Positions 48,799 through 58,984 of a stretch of DNA of 64,000 nucleotides are shown here, in pieces; position 1 is the stretch's first letter, and the number at the start of each line of letters is the position of its first letter. The notes under the pieces were generated by a model. The model worked only from the letters and a program-made list of their open reading frames with translations. It ran no database searches and had not been told where the DNA came from. The position numbers and the translations under genes are program-made. The stretch is taken from NCBI GenBank assembly GCA_965200395.1, contig CBDAUH010000003.1:959097-1023096 (forward strand), given 5' to 3'. Source of the stretch: Candidatus Poribacteria bacterium (GTDB taxonomy: Bacteria; Poribacteria; WGA-4E; WGA-3G).

Positions 48799-49209
48799 AT
48801 GCTGTTTAATTTCGCCAATGTTCTCATTTTTTTAGTTGTGGGTTGTTTATTTGTCATCCTGAATCTCACAGTTTCTCGTCTTCTACATACGAAGATATTT
48901 TCAGGTGAGAAATATATTCCCTATGAATGCGGGGAAGATCCGATTGGGGACACACGGATAAAGTTCAACACCCGTTTTTACGTCATTGCACTTATTTTCT
49001 TAATATTTGATGTTGAAGTGGTGTTTCTGCTGCCGTGGGCAGTTGTGTTTAGAGATATTGGTCTCCTGGCATTTTTGGAGATGCTTGTCTTTATTGCAAT
49101 TTTGTTAGTTGGCCTTGCTTATGTTTGGGCGAAAGGCGATCTTGAATGGATAAAATCTACGGAATTAGAGGTGCAATCTATACAGCGAGAGGAAAGTTAT
49201 GATACTTGA
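48799..49209 (+). CDS. nuoA: NADH-quinone oxidoreductase subunit A
   Basis: YECGEDP and [15 protein letters not shown] motifs. First gene of the nuo string. Confidence 0.9.
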   Translation: MLFNFANVLIFLVVGCLFVILNLTVSRLLHTKIFSGEKYIPYECGEDPIGDTRIKFNTRFYVIALIFLIFDVEVVFLLPWAVVFRDIGLLAFLEMLVFIAILLVGLAYVWAKGDLEWIKSTELEVQSIQREESYDT

Positions 49210-49816
49210 TGAGAAATTAGACAAAAACGTAATTGTCACCTCAGTTGATGCTGTGGCGAACTGGGCGCGTTCTTCCGCGCTTTGGCCGATGACCTTTGGA
49301 CTTGCTTGCTGTGCCATAGAGTTTATGGCGACAGCCGCGTCTAACTATGACTTGGACAGGTTTGGAGCAGGCGTGCCACGCGCAACTCCTCGACAATCTG
49401 ACCTAATGGTAATTTCTGGTACTGTAACTCTTAAGATGGCAACACGGATTAAAAGGTTGTATGAACAGATGCCTGAACCGAAATATGTTATTTCTATGGG
49501 TAGCTGTGCTACGAGCGGCGGTCCATATTGGCAACACGGATACCACGTTCTTAAAGGTGTTGATCGGATCATCCCTGTTGATGTATATGTCCCCGGATGT
49601 CCGCCACGTCCCGAAGCACTCATTGAGGGTTTGCTAAAATTGCAAGAGAAAATCAAGACACAAACTGTAGCGAAACGCACCAATGCTCCATTCTTAAAGA
49701 GATTATTTACTAAAACAGAATGGTACGAAATTGAAAAAGCAGAAAAAGCTGACGGTGCGGATCCGGAAACAGAAACAACGACACCTGAAGAAGCAAACGT
49801 CGAAAAAACTGTTTAA
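49199..49816 (+). CDS. nuoB: NADH-quinone oxidoreductase subunit B
   Basis: [18 protein letters not shown] and [11 protein letters not shown] (N2 cluster ligands). Confidence 0.95.
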   Translation: MILDEKLDKNVIVTSVDAVANWARSSALWPMTFGLACCAIEFMATAASNYDLDRFGAGVPRATPRQSDLMVISGTVTLKMATRIKRLYEQMPEPKYVISMGSCATSGGPYWQHGYHVLKGVDRIIPVDVYVPGCPPRPEALIEGLLKLQEKIKTQTVAKRTNAPFLKRLFTKTEWYEIEKAEKADGADPETETTTPEEANVEKTV

Positions 49817-49849
49817 AAACCAGATTATCTCGTTTGGAGTAGATAGTAC

Positions 49850-50335
49850 GTGAATCCTGAAGAAATCTATAAAATCCTATCCGACAAGTTTGGTGAATCT
49901 ATCATCGGTTATGACGCGGAATTGGCAGGAGATCCGACTGTTCAGGTTGCACCTATAGCAATCGCGGATGTGTGTCAATATCTCGCTGAAACCGACTCGT
50001 TAGCATTTGATTCTTTAATGTGTCTCAGCGGTGTCGATCTCGGTGTTAAAGAGGAAGTACTCTCTGTTGTTTATCATCTTTACGCTATGCAACATCGTCA
50101 TAGTGTGGTTCTGAAAACATCAGTACCGAAAACTGATGCACATCTTCCTACCGTTTCACATATTTGGAAAACAGCGGATTGGCATGAACGTGAGACGTAT
50201 GACCTATACGGAATACGGTTTGAAGGACATACCGATCTGCGACGTATTTTACTGCCAGATGATTGGGAGGGATATCCACTTCGAAAAGATTACCAGGAAC
50301 CAGATTTCTATCGCGGCATGCGTGTATCTTATTAG
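49850..50335 (+). CDS. nuoC: NADH-quinone oxidoreductase subunit C
   Basis: WHERETYDLYGIRFEGH motif. GTG start. Confidence 0.9.
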   Translation: MNPEEIYKILSDKFGESIIGYDAELAGDPTVQVAPIAIADVCQYLAETDSLAFDSLMCLSGVDLGVKEEVLSVVYHLYAMQHRHSVVLKTSVPKTDAHLPTVSHIWKTADWHERETYDLYGIRFEGHTDLRRILLPDDWEGYPLRKDYQEPDFYRGMRVSY

Positions 50336-50391
50336 GCAGGACTTGAAATTAATATAAATTGTAGATAAAATCTAACCTGATAACCCACATT

Positions 50392-51597
50392 ATGGAAAGC
50401 ACACAACAGACAGAATCAAAAATCATAGAATTGAAACCGTTTACTGATGAAATGGTAGTAAATATGGGGCCTCAGCATCCTAGTACGCATGGGGTGTTAC
50501 GGTTGGAATTGAAGTTGGACGGTGAGATAGTCCGCGAAGCGATTCCGCATATTGGGTATCTACATCGTTGTTTTGAAAAACATTCCGAAAATCTCTCTTA
50601 CCAACAAATAATTCCATTCACGGATCGGATGGATTACGTTGCGGCGATGAATCAGAATTGGGGGTTTTGTCTTGCTGTGGAGAAGCTGCTTGCGGTAGAT
50701 GAAGCAAAGGGTTTTGAAGTGCCGGAACGCGCAGAATATCTACGCGTGTTAATCTGTGAATTAAATCGGCTAGCGAGTCATTTGCTTTCTTTTGGCACCT
50801 ACGGCATGGATATTGGGGCGTTCACACCTTTTCTATATGCTTTTCGCGATCGGGAACGTCTTCTCCTGCTTTTTGAGAAAGTCTGCGGTGCGCGGCTCAC
50901 CTATAACTATATTCGCATCGGTGGTGTGTCTGAAATCATTCCGCTGGAACCCGGTTCTATTGCAGAACAAGATTATTTAGATGAAATTGAAGCTTTTCTT
51001 GACTACTTTGAACCGAAGATAGATGAATATAATGACCTATTGACTTCAAACAGTATTTTCTCTGAACGGACGATGGGTGTTGCTGTGATGTCTGACGAGA
51101 TGGCTCTTAGTTACGGTGCTACCGGTCCCAACCTTCGTGGATCTGGAGTTGACTGGGATTTGCGAAGAGACGAACCGTATTCCATCTATGATCGATTTGA
51201 TTTTGATGTACCTGTGGCTAAGGACATTCCTGAGTTAGGGGCTGTTGTTGGGGACTGTTGGAGTCGTTACAAAGTGCGTATGGATGAAATGAAGGAATCT
51301 GTAAAAATAGTTCGACAGATTTTAGGGGAGGGACTCCCGGATGGGCCGGTCATGGCTGATTTAAAAGCTGTCCGTCCGCCGAAAGGTGAAATCTATTTTC
51401 GCAGTGAGGCACCACGCGGAGAGCTCGGTTTTTACATCGTTAGTGACGGCACCCCGAAGCCGGTACGTGTTAAAGGGCGTTCTCCATGCTTTAGTGCGTT
51501 AAGTGCACTTCAGGAACTAAGCCGTGGCTTGATGGTGGCAGATATTATTGCGATTATTGGAAGTATTGATATTGTCATGGGTGAAGTTGATCGATAG
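50392..51597 (+). CDS. nuoD: NADH-quinone oxidoreductase subunit D
   Basis: MGPQHPSTHGVLRL and HIGYLHR motifs. Confidence 0.95.
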   Translation: MESTQQTESKIIELKPFTDEMVVNMGPQHPSTHGVLRLELKLDGEIVREAIPHIGYLHRCFEKHSENLSYQQIIPFTDRMDYVAAMNQNWGFCLAVEKLLAVDEAKGFEVPERAEYLRVLICELNRLASHLLSFGTYGMDIGAFTPFLYAFRDRERLLLLFEKVCGARLTYNYIRIGGVSEIIPLEPGSIAEQDYLDEIEAFLDYFEPKIDEYNDLLTSNSIFSERTMGVAVMSDEMALSYGATGPNLRGSGVDWDLRRDEPYSIYDRFDFDVPVAKDIPELGAVVGDCWSRYKVRMDEMKESVKIVRQILGEGLPDGPVMADLKAVRPPKGEIYFRSEAPRGELGFYIVSDGTPKPVRVKGRSPCFSALSALQELSRGLMVADIIAIIGSIDIVMGEVDR

Positions 51598-51659
51598 AAT
51601 TAGCAGCAGCGGTATCCGCAATTATTGTACTCCTTGCATATTTCAAATGAGAAAATTAG

Positions 51660-52901
51660 ATGCCAGAAATATTATATGAGAGTTTCTTTCCAAAAATAAA
51701 CTTGCAAGAAAGTTCCAATTGGGCAAAAGATTTCTTCCAGGATGCTGTCTTGCCTCGCTTGCCGGAGGCGGTGGCGGGACATCTGCCTATGGAAGTAGGC
51801 ACGATTCTCGTAATGTTGGTGTGTGCGGGTATTTTTGTTGCTGTGGTTCCGTTGCTTCCATTGGTTTTAGTTTTAGCAGAACGAAAAGTCGCTGCACGAT
51901 TTCAAAATCGTACTGGTCCGATGCGCGTTGGCCCTTGGGGTACTCTGCAAACATTGGCAGATGGTATAAAGCTTATTTTTAAAGAGGATTATATCCCACC
52001 ACAAGGTGATAAAATCCTTTTCATGCTTGCTCCTTATGTGATATTTGCCTGTTCTTTCGCTGTTTTCGCTGCAATTCCGTTTGGACAGAGTATCTTAGTC
52101 AGCGACTTTAACATCGGTATCTTCTATATCATGGCGATCTCGTCAGTGATTGTGATGGGTGTAATTATGGCGGGTTGGTCTTCTAACAGTAAATGGTCAT
52201 TGTTAGGTTCGTTACGCTCTGCTGCTCAGATTGTTAGTTATGAAATACCTTTGGGACTATCCATCTTAACCGTTGTCATGCTCGTTGAAAGCTTAAGCAT
52301 GAGTCAGATTGTAGATAAGCAATCTGGTGGAATATTTACCTGGCTCATATTTCGGTCACCTTTTACTTTTATTGCATTCTTTATCTTTTTTATATCTGCT
52401 ATTGCTGAGGTCAACCGAACGCCATTTGATTTGCCCGAAGCAGAGTCTGAGATCGTTGCGGGGTTCCATACCGAATATAGTGGAATGCGTTTCGCGCTTT
52501 TCTTCATTGCAGAATATGCGAATATGTTTGCTGTGAGTGCAATTGCTGTAACGCTCTTCCTTGGTGGATGGGAAGGTGTCTTGCCAGGGTATGATTTCCT
52601 CGGTGGTTTCCCCGGTTTCGTTATCAAGACATTGGGGCTTGTATTTTTGATGATGTGGTTGAGATGGACATTACCACGTTTACGTGTTGATCAACTCATG
52701 AATCTGTGCTGGAAATACTTTATTCCGATTTCATTCTTTAATATATTTGGCACAGGAGTATGGGGGCTAATTTTTAAAACTGATGATGTGTGGAGTATTG
52801 GCATCAGTTGTGCGATTATCTATATTGGTCTTATCAGTGCATACACAGTCGCTGGAAGGAATCTTGCGCGAAAGCCTGAGCCGCAGGCAAGCCCAGTATA
52901 G
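51660..52901 (+). CDS. nuoH: NADH-quinone oxidoreductase subunit H
   Basis: ERKVAARFQNRTGP, EIVAGFHTEYSG and AEYANM motifs. Follows nuoD directly, with no nuoE/F/G between. Confidence 0.95.
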   Translation: MPEILYESFFPKINLQESSNWAKDFFQDAVLPRLPEAVAGHLPMEVGTILVMLVCAGIFVAVVPLLPLVLVLAERKVAARFQNRTGPMRVGPWGTLQTLADGIKLIFKEDYIPPQGDKILFMLAPYVIFACSFAVFAAIPFGQSILVSDFNIGIFYIMAISSVIVMGVIMAGWSSNSKWSLLGSLRSAAQIVSYEIPLGLSILTVVMLVESLSMSQIVDKQSGGIFTWLIFRSPFTFIAFFIFFISAIAEVNRTPFDLPEAESEIVAGFHTEYSGMRFALFFIAEYANMFAVSAIAVTLFLGGWEGVLPGYDFLGGFPGFVIKTLGLVFLMMWLRWTLPRLRVDQLMNLCWKYFIPISFFNIFGTGVWGLIFKTDDVWSIGISCAIIYIGLISAYTVAGRNLARKPEPQASPV

Positions 52902-52928
52902 ATAGAACAGTATTAAATAATTGTTTAT

Positions 52929-53486
52929 ATGTCTGTTGAACGGAGGTATATGATGACTACTAGTGCGGAAGTTTTGGGTAGTTTGAAACAGGAAAAAATC
53001 GTCCGTTTTGCTAAAAGATTGTCAACTGTTTTGCTTGTATCTGTAATTGTAGTCTTTGATGATTTCATCGTAGCAAACATTACCACTCGTTGGCACTACT
53101 CTCTTCTGGGAGTGGGTTTAGGTATATGTTTTGCATGTCTCGGTTTCTTAGTCTTGGCATTTGTCAAAAGACGTTGTGCAAAATGTGGCGAAAGAATTAT
53201 CCCTGATAGCATACGTGAAAAGGTTGTTTTAATAACAGGATTCTCGCTATTAACTTTCGGAGGATTAATAGTGATTCTGAACAATTCACTGGCTCTAGTC
53301 TTTAACGTTCACTGGCTACATACTTGGGGACTGATTTTAGGACAAAGTTTGGCGTGCATAGGAATTTGGTTAGGGGCATTGTTTAGTGATCGATTTGCAG
53401 GAGATCGGAATTTACGTAAAGCAGGTTTTTTTATGAGTAGTCTGCTACTTGTCTTTGTAATTTTGAAATTAGGTTTCGGGTCGTAG
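52929..53486 (+). CDS. Hypothetical polytopic membrane protein inserted between nuoH and nuoI
   Basis: 185-aa ORF on the same strand with about 4-5 hydrophobic helices and a CAKCGE motif. No family recognised. Confidence 0.5.
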   Translation: MSVERRYMMTTSAEVLGSLKQEKIVRFAKRLSTVLLVSVIVVFDDFIVANITTRWHYSLLGVGLGICFACLGFLVLAFVKRRCAKCGERIIPDSIREKVVLITGFSLLTFGGLIVILNNSLALVFNVHWLHTWGLILGQSLACIGIWLGALFSDRFAGDRNLRKAGFFMSSLLLVFVILKLGFGS

Positions 53487-53531
53487 CTTAGTTCTGTTTG
53501 CAATTCCAGCATTATCCAAGGAAGCATTTTT

Positions 53532-54251
53532 ATGGACAAATACATACGCAACATATACAAGGGTGTTTATACCGTTCTCGTTGGCATGCGGGTGACGATT
53601 CGGCAGTTCTTTGAACCGAATGTGACGCACCAATATCCTTATGAACACGATTTTGAAAAGAAACAGAATGTTCGGGAGATACCCAAAGGATATCGTGGGC
53701 AGCTCTATAATCGGATTGAGGATTGCATCGGATGCAAAAAGTGTGAAATGATCTGTCCTGTGGATTGTATTACGATTGAAGGCACGAAATTGCCCAAAGG
53801 CGAACAACTGTGGGATAGCATGAACGTCGTGCATCTCAAGGATGGACGTGAAATCATCGGTCTCATTGATGGTAGCGATAAGAAATTAAATCTTGATGAA
53901 CCAATTACGGTTACAAATATTACCTCTCGCCAAGGTCCACAGGAAGTCGTTGACCGTTTAGAAGAGTCGGGAGATGAGAACCGAACCCAAACAATTTCTG
54001 GAGAAGAAGTCTCTCGTGTTGTAACACGAAACCCTGTCGTTTTTTATCTTGACCAGTTTGATATTGATATGTCTCTATGCATGTATTGTGGACTTTGCAC
54101 AGAAGTTTGCCCGACTGAGTGCCTGACTATGAAGGATACGCTTGAGGGAATTGAGTATTCGAGTTTTGATCGCAACGACTTAATATTTGAATTTGATAAG
54201 CAAGAGATGTACGGCAAAGATGGCACCGAGGCAGTTGAAGCTGCTGATTAG
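53532..54251 (+). CDS. nuoI: NADH-quinone oxidoreductase subunit I, with a long insertion between its two ferredoxin motifs
   Basis: CIGCKKCEMICP and CMYCGLCTEVCP (2x[4Fe-4S]) are separated by about 103 residues. At 239 aa the protein is longer than usual. Confidence 0.9.
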   Translation: MDKYIRNIYKGVYTVLVGMRVTIRQFFEPNVTHQYPYEHDFEKKQNVREIPKGYRGQLYNRIEDCIGCKKCEMICPVDCITIEGTKLPKGEQLWDSMNVVHLKDGREIIGLIDGSDKKLNLDEPITVTNITSRQGPQEVVDRLEESGDENRTQTISGEEVSRVVTRNPVVFYLDQFDIDMSLCMYCGLCTEVCPTECLTMKDTLEGIEYSSFDRNDLIFEFDKQEMYGKDGTEAVEAAD

Positions 54252-54275
54252 ATATTGTGTAGGATAGTTATATAA

Positions 54276-54794
54276 ATGGAGTTTACACTTAAAACATTTA
54301 TTTTTTATGGTTTTGCCCTGCTAACAATAGGTTCAGCACTGGCGGTGGTAACCCTACGTAACATCGTTCACGCAGCGTTTGCACTGATGGTCACCCTGTT
54401 CGGGGTAGCAGGATTATATGTGTTTCTGCAGGCAGATTTCCTTGCAGCAACACAAGTAATTGTCTATGTCGGGGGTATTCTGGTGCTTATCCTCTTCGGT
54501 GTGATGATGACAAGTGGACGGTTGGATATGCGTATCCACATTGAACGTGGTCAACTGCTTTTAGGTGCTGGGATTTCAATTGCTCTGCTAATGCTGCTCT
54601 TGACAGTCATCGCGAATATGCCGGTTTGGAAAAATCTGACCGACGATGGAATACCACTTGATCCGACCACTGAACAAATTGGTACAATGATTTTAAAAGA
54701 GAAGTTTCTGCTGCCGTTTGAGGTAGTCTCTGTACTGTTGTTAGTTGCATTAATCGGTGCTGCCCTTATTTCTCGCAAGGAGGTACGGGATTAG
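54276..54794 (+). CDS. nuoJ: NADH-quinone oxidoreductase subunit J
   Basis: 172-aa membrane protein in the conserved position. VIVYVGGILVLILF-type motif. Confidence 0.85.
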   Translation: MEFTLKTFIFYGFALLTIGSALAVVTLRNIVHAAFALMVTLFGVAGLYVFLQADFLAATQVIVYVGGILVLILFGVMMTSGRLDMRIHIERGQLLLGAGISIALLMLLLTVIANMPVWKNLTDDGIPLDPTTEQIGTMILKEKFLLPFEVVSVLLLVALIGAALISRKEVRD

Positions 54795-54817
54795 TCCATT
54801 CTGGTTATTAGAAAAAA

Positions 54818-55150
54818 ATGAGTCTACAACACTATTTGGTAATCAGTTCAATTCTATTCACACTTGGTATTTTCGCAGTACTAACACGGAAGAACGCTAT
54901 TAGCATTCTGATGGGTATTGAACTAATTCTTAACTCTTGTAATCTAAATTTCGTAGCGTTTTCCCGGTTTGCCAAACCATCTGAAAATGTAGCTGGTGCC
55001 AGTCACTATCTCCTTGATGGTCAGATAATCGCAATTTTTGGTATTGTGCTTGCTGCTGCAGAAGCTGCTGTTTTTCTTGCAATTATTCTTGCAATCTACC
55101 GTGAATTCGGTAGCATACGTCCAGATGAAGTGGATACCTTGAAAGGTTAA
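54818..55150 (+). CDS. nuoK: NADH-quinone oxidoreductase subunit K
   Basis: GIELILNSCNLNFVAFS motif, 110 aa. Confidence 0.9.
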   Translation: MSLQHYLVISSILFTLGIFAVLTRKNAISILMGIELILNSCNLNFVAFSRFAKPSENVAGASHYLLDGQIIAIFGIVLAAAEAAVFLAIILAIYREFGSIRPDEVDTLKG

Positions 55151-55165
55151 AAGAAAAGTTATAGT

Positions 55166-57388
55166 ATGGTTGTCCCATTAATAAGTATTATCTTACTTGC
55201 TCCGCTTGCTGCCTTCGCAATTTTTTCATTATTTGGTTTAGCAAAACGGAGTTTCCCGCGACAAGATATTTTGTCAACCGCTGCGATGCTCATTGCACTC
55301 GGTTGTTCTCTACTTCTCATACGGGAAGTGGTTTCAGAGCCTAAACCCATTGCTGTAGAGTGGCTTTCACTCGGTACCGTTACCTTGTCTATGGGCTTCT
55401 ACCTTGACAGCGTCACGGTGATTATGTTAATCGTTGTCACGCTGGTGAGTAGTCTTGTTCACATTTTCTCTATGGGATACATGCATGGGGATCCGCGATA
55501 TCCACGGTTTTTTGCATTTCTATCGCTTTTCTCATTTTCCATGCTGTTTTTGGTGGTATCGGATAACCTACTCGGTATATACATCGGTTGGGAGCTTGTT
55601 GGACTTTGCTCCTATCTGCTTATCGGTTTCTGGTACGAAAAAGACTCCGCTGCGAATGCTTGTAAGAAGGCGTTCTTGACGACTCGCGTCGGTGATGTCG
55701 GTATGTTCATCGGCATGATGATGTTGTTTAAGCAATTCAACACGCTTTCACTTTACGGTGATGACGGTGATGGTGGCATCTTTACACGGATTGCTGACCC
55801 CACATACTTTACACCAGATACAATAGGAATTGTATGGCTTTCAGTTGCAGGAATTCTTATCTTCTGTGGTGCTGTGGGTAAATCTGCACAAGTACCGTTG
55901 CATACATGGTTACCTGATGCGATGGAAGGTCCCACGCCTGTCAGTGCGCTAATCCATGCTGCCACTATGGTTGCAGCAGGCGTATATCTCGTGGCTCGGA
56001 TGTTCCCGATTTTGACCCCGACTTCATCTCTAGTAATTGCTTATGTCGGGGGTATTACTGCACTCGTTGCTGCGACTATCGCTATTGTTCGGTTCGATAT
56101 TAAGAGAGTTTTGGCATACTCTACGATTAGTCAATTGGGATATATGATGTTGGCAATCGGTGCAGGCAGTTATGTTGCCGGACTTTTTCACCTGACAACG
56201 CATGCATTCTTCAAGGCACTGCTGTTCCTCGGTTCTGGCAGTGTTATCCACGCCTTCCACGCAATGCATGCACACCATGATAATGAACATGCAGAGAGTG
56301 GGGACCATGAACATGATAATCACAGTTTAGTGCATGAACACGGTTCAGAAATTCCACCTGACCAAGATATGCGGAACATGGGTGGACTCCGCCGTAAAAT
56401 GCCGTTGACTTTTATCACGATGCTCATTGCTACGTTGTCTATCTCAGGTGTGCCGTTTGTTTTTTCAGGCTTCTGGAGTAAAGATAAGATTTTAGCTGGT
56501 GTACTTGGGCACGCAATGGAAGGGAACTCAGTTCATTACTACATTCTATTCGGTATAGCACTAATTGCTGCGGGTATAACGGCGTTCTATATGTTTCGCT
56601 TGATATTTATGACCTTCTTCGGTGAACCGCGCAATCAAGAAATGCACGATATGGCACACGAATCTCCGTTAGTAATGACAGTGCCGCTGATCGTTTTGGC
56701 AATACTGAGCTTCCCTGTCGTAAATACGGTATTTAACAAAGACTATATTAAACCACCGCCGCAACCCTATCTTCATGCACCACAGCATGCTTACATTGCA
56801 CCTGATATCAAAACAGGAGATGAAAACTTTGGTCTCTCTCTCTTTGGCGTTTCCACCGCAGCGGCTGCAGAAGAAGATAGTGGACAAGACACTGCACCTG
56901 CCGATGATGCACATCATGTACATGAGCTTGCGCATAAGATTGCAATGGTGCTGTCTATCTGCGTAGCGGGTTTAGGCATATTGCTTTCTTGGTTGTTTTA
57001 CCATAGACGGACCTTTTCTGCAGATGCTGTCGCAACAACTTTTCGTCCTGCCTACAACCTATTCTGGAATAAGTACTACTTTGACGAATTCTACGACGGT
57101 GTGTTGGTTGCTCTAACAGTATGGAAATCACGGCTTTTTGCAAAGTTTGACCTTTCTATCATTGATGGTATCGTCAACGGTGTTGCTACAATAACACGGG
57201 TAATCTTTGCAGCATTTATTGGTTTTTTTGATAACCGTGTCATTGATGGTATTGTCAACCGTGTGGCAAAGGTAATATGGTCTGTCGGCGGCAGAATCCG
57301 TAGAATACAAACAGGAGCAATACAAACCTATCTCTTCGTTGTTCTTGGCGGGATAGTGTTGATAATATTGATTTTTAGACTATTATAA
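55166..57388 (+). CDS. nuoL: NADH-quinone oxidoreductase subunit L
   Basis: WELVGLCSYLLIGFW, AQVPLHTWLPDAMEGPTPVSALIHAATMV and the C-terminal lateral-helix region. 740 aa. Confidence 0.95.
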   Translation: MVVPLISIILLAPLAAFAIFSLFGLAKRSFPRQDILSTAAMLIALGCSLLLIREVVSEPKPIAVEWLSLGTVTLSMGFYLDSVTVIMLIVVTLVSSLVHIFSMGYMHGDPRYPRFFAFLSLFSFSMLFLVVSDNLLGIYIGWELVGLCSYLLIGFWYEKDSAANACKKAFLTTRVGDVGMFIGMMMLFKQFNTLSLYGDDGDGGIFTRIADPTYFTPDTIGIVWLSVAGILIFCGAVGKSAQVPLHTWLPDAMEGPTPVSALIHAATMVAAGVYLVARMFPILTPTSSLVIAYVGGITALVAATIAIVRFDIKRVLAYSTISQLGYMMLAIGAGSYVAGLFHLTTHAFFKALLFLGSGSVIHAFHAMHAHHDNEHAESGDHEHDNHSLVHEHGSEIPPDQDMRNMGGLRRKMPLTFITMLIATLSISGVPFVFSGFWSKDKILAGVLGHAMEGNSVHYYILFGIALIAAGITAFYMFRLIFMTFFGEPRNQEMHDMAHESPLVMTVPLIVLAILSFPVVNTVFNKDYIKPPPQPYLHAPQHAYIAPDIKTGDENFGLSLFGVSTAAAAEEDSGQDTAPADDAHHVHELAHKIAMVLSICVAGLGILLSWLFYHRRTFSADAVATTFRPAYNLFWNKYYFDEFYDGVLVALTVWKSRLFAKFDLSIIDGIVNGVATITRVIFAAFIGFFDNRVIDGIVNRVAKVIWSVGGRIRRIQTGAIQTYLFVVLGGIVLIILIFRLL

Positions 57389-57454
57389 GTGCATAAATCA
57401 AATAGAGAATTCAGATTGCCTATAAGGCAAATTCATTGAGGAAAGAAAACAAAA

Positions 57455-58975
57455 ATGTTATTGTCGCTAATGATTTTTGTCCCGTTGCTGGGGATGGTCG
57501 TTGTTTTACTTCTACCGCGGGAGTCGGAAGAATTAATTAAACGCGTTACGCTTGCTTTTACACTTGTTCCACTTGTACTTGCTATTATTGCTATTATATT
57601 ATTTGTATCTTATGACGGATCAACAGCTGGAACACTATATTTTGTCAACGTTCCTTGGATTGATGCATTTAATATCAATTATCATATCGGTATTGATGGT
57701 TTAAGTGTAACGCTACTTCTTCTCACCGCTCTTTTGGGACCAATCTGTGTGCTTGCCTCTTGGCGCAATATTGAAAAAGGTCTTAAGGCGTATATGGCAC
57801 TGTTCCTATTGCTTGAGACAGGCATGCTCGGATTTTTCGCTGCGTTAGACCTATTCCTGTTCTTTGTTTTCTTTGAATTGACACTGCTACCGATGTATTT
57901 TCTGATCGGTGTGTGGGGAGGACCACGACGAGAATATGCTGCGATTAAATTTTTCCTCTATACTTTATTCGGCAGTGTGCTAATGTTGGTTGCGATGATA
58001 GCGGTTTATCTCAATAGTGGGGTGCCAGGTGAACGAACATTTGATATTCCAACACTTATAACGTTGGCTCGCACATCAGGACATGCGCTTGCTGATTCGG
58101 GATTTCAGACGTGGGTTTTTCTCGGTTTCTTTATCGGTTTTGCTGTAAAAGTACCGATCTTTCCCTTCCACACATGGCTCCCCGATGCACATGTTGAAGC
58201 ACCTACTGCTATTAGTGTTATCCTTGCAGGTGTACTTTTAAAGATGGGTACCTACGGATTAGTGCGTGTAAATATGGCAATGTTCCCAGAGGGTCTGGCT
58301 GTGTTTACAGATGGCGTTGGTCTCTTAGGTAACAGTTTGGCATTACTCGGTTTCATTAACATTGTCTACGGGTCCTTCTGTGCATTAGCGCAAACCGATT
58401 TTAAGAAGTTAGTCGCATATTCCAGTATCGGGCACATGGGATTTGTTATTTTGGGGCTTGCTGCTGGGAATTCTGCTGGAATCAACGGTGCAATACTCCA
58501 GATGTTCAATCACGGTGTCATTAGTGCGATGCTATTCCTACTTGTCGGTGTTCTCTATGACCGTGCACATCATCGTGAAATAAACGGTTTTGGCGGTTTA
58601 GCAACCAAAATGCCGGTCTATACAGGTATCACGACAGTTGCGTTTATGGCATCCTTGGGATTGCCTGGTTTAAGTGGCTTTGTTGGTGAAGCATTATCAC
58701 TGCTTGGGGCATTTCAAGAATTTGAGCTATTGACAATCCTTTCTACAATAGGCATTGTTGTCGGTGCGGCATACTTCCTCTGGACACTCCAAAGGGTCTT
58801 CTTAGGGCAACTTAACCCCAAATACGAAGATCTGCCAGAGATCAACAAACGTGAAATCTTGACTTTGGTGCCACTCGGTATTCTCACCATTGTCCTTGGT
58901 ATCTGGCCCAACTTTGCACTTGATATGTTTAGCGAATATGTTAGCAATCTTGTGGATGTATTAAAGGCAATATAG
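57455..58975 (+). CDS. nuoM: NADH-quinone oxidoreductase subunit M
   Basis: FHTWLPDAHVEAPTAISVILAGVLLKMGTYG motif. Confidence 0.95.
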   Translation: MLLSLMIFVPLLGMVVVLLLPRESEELIKRVTLAFTLVPLVLAIIAIILFVSYDGSTAGTLYFVNVPWIDAFNINYHIGIDGLSVTLLLLTALLGPICVLASWRNIEKGLKAYMALFLLLETGMLGFFAALDLFLFFVFFELTLLPMYFLIGVWGGPRREYAAIKFFLYTLFGSVLMLVAMIAVYLNSGVPGERTFDIPTLITLARTSGHALADSGFQTWVFLGFFIGFAVKVPIFPFHTWLPDAHVEAPTAISVILAGVLLKMGTYGLVRVNMAMFPEGLAVFTDGVGLLGNSLALLGFINIVYGSFCALAQTDFKKLVAYSSIGHMGFVILGLAAGNSAGINGAILQMFNHGVISAMLFLLVGVLYDRAHHREINGFGGLATKMPVYTGITTVAFMASLGLPGLSGFVGEALSLLGAFQEFELLTILSTIGIVVGAAYFLWTLQRVFLGQLNPKYEDLPEINKREILTLVPLGILTIVLGIWPNFALDMFSEYVSNLVDVLKAI

Positions 58976-58984
58976 GAGAACGGT

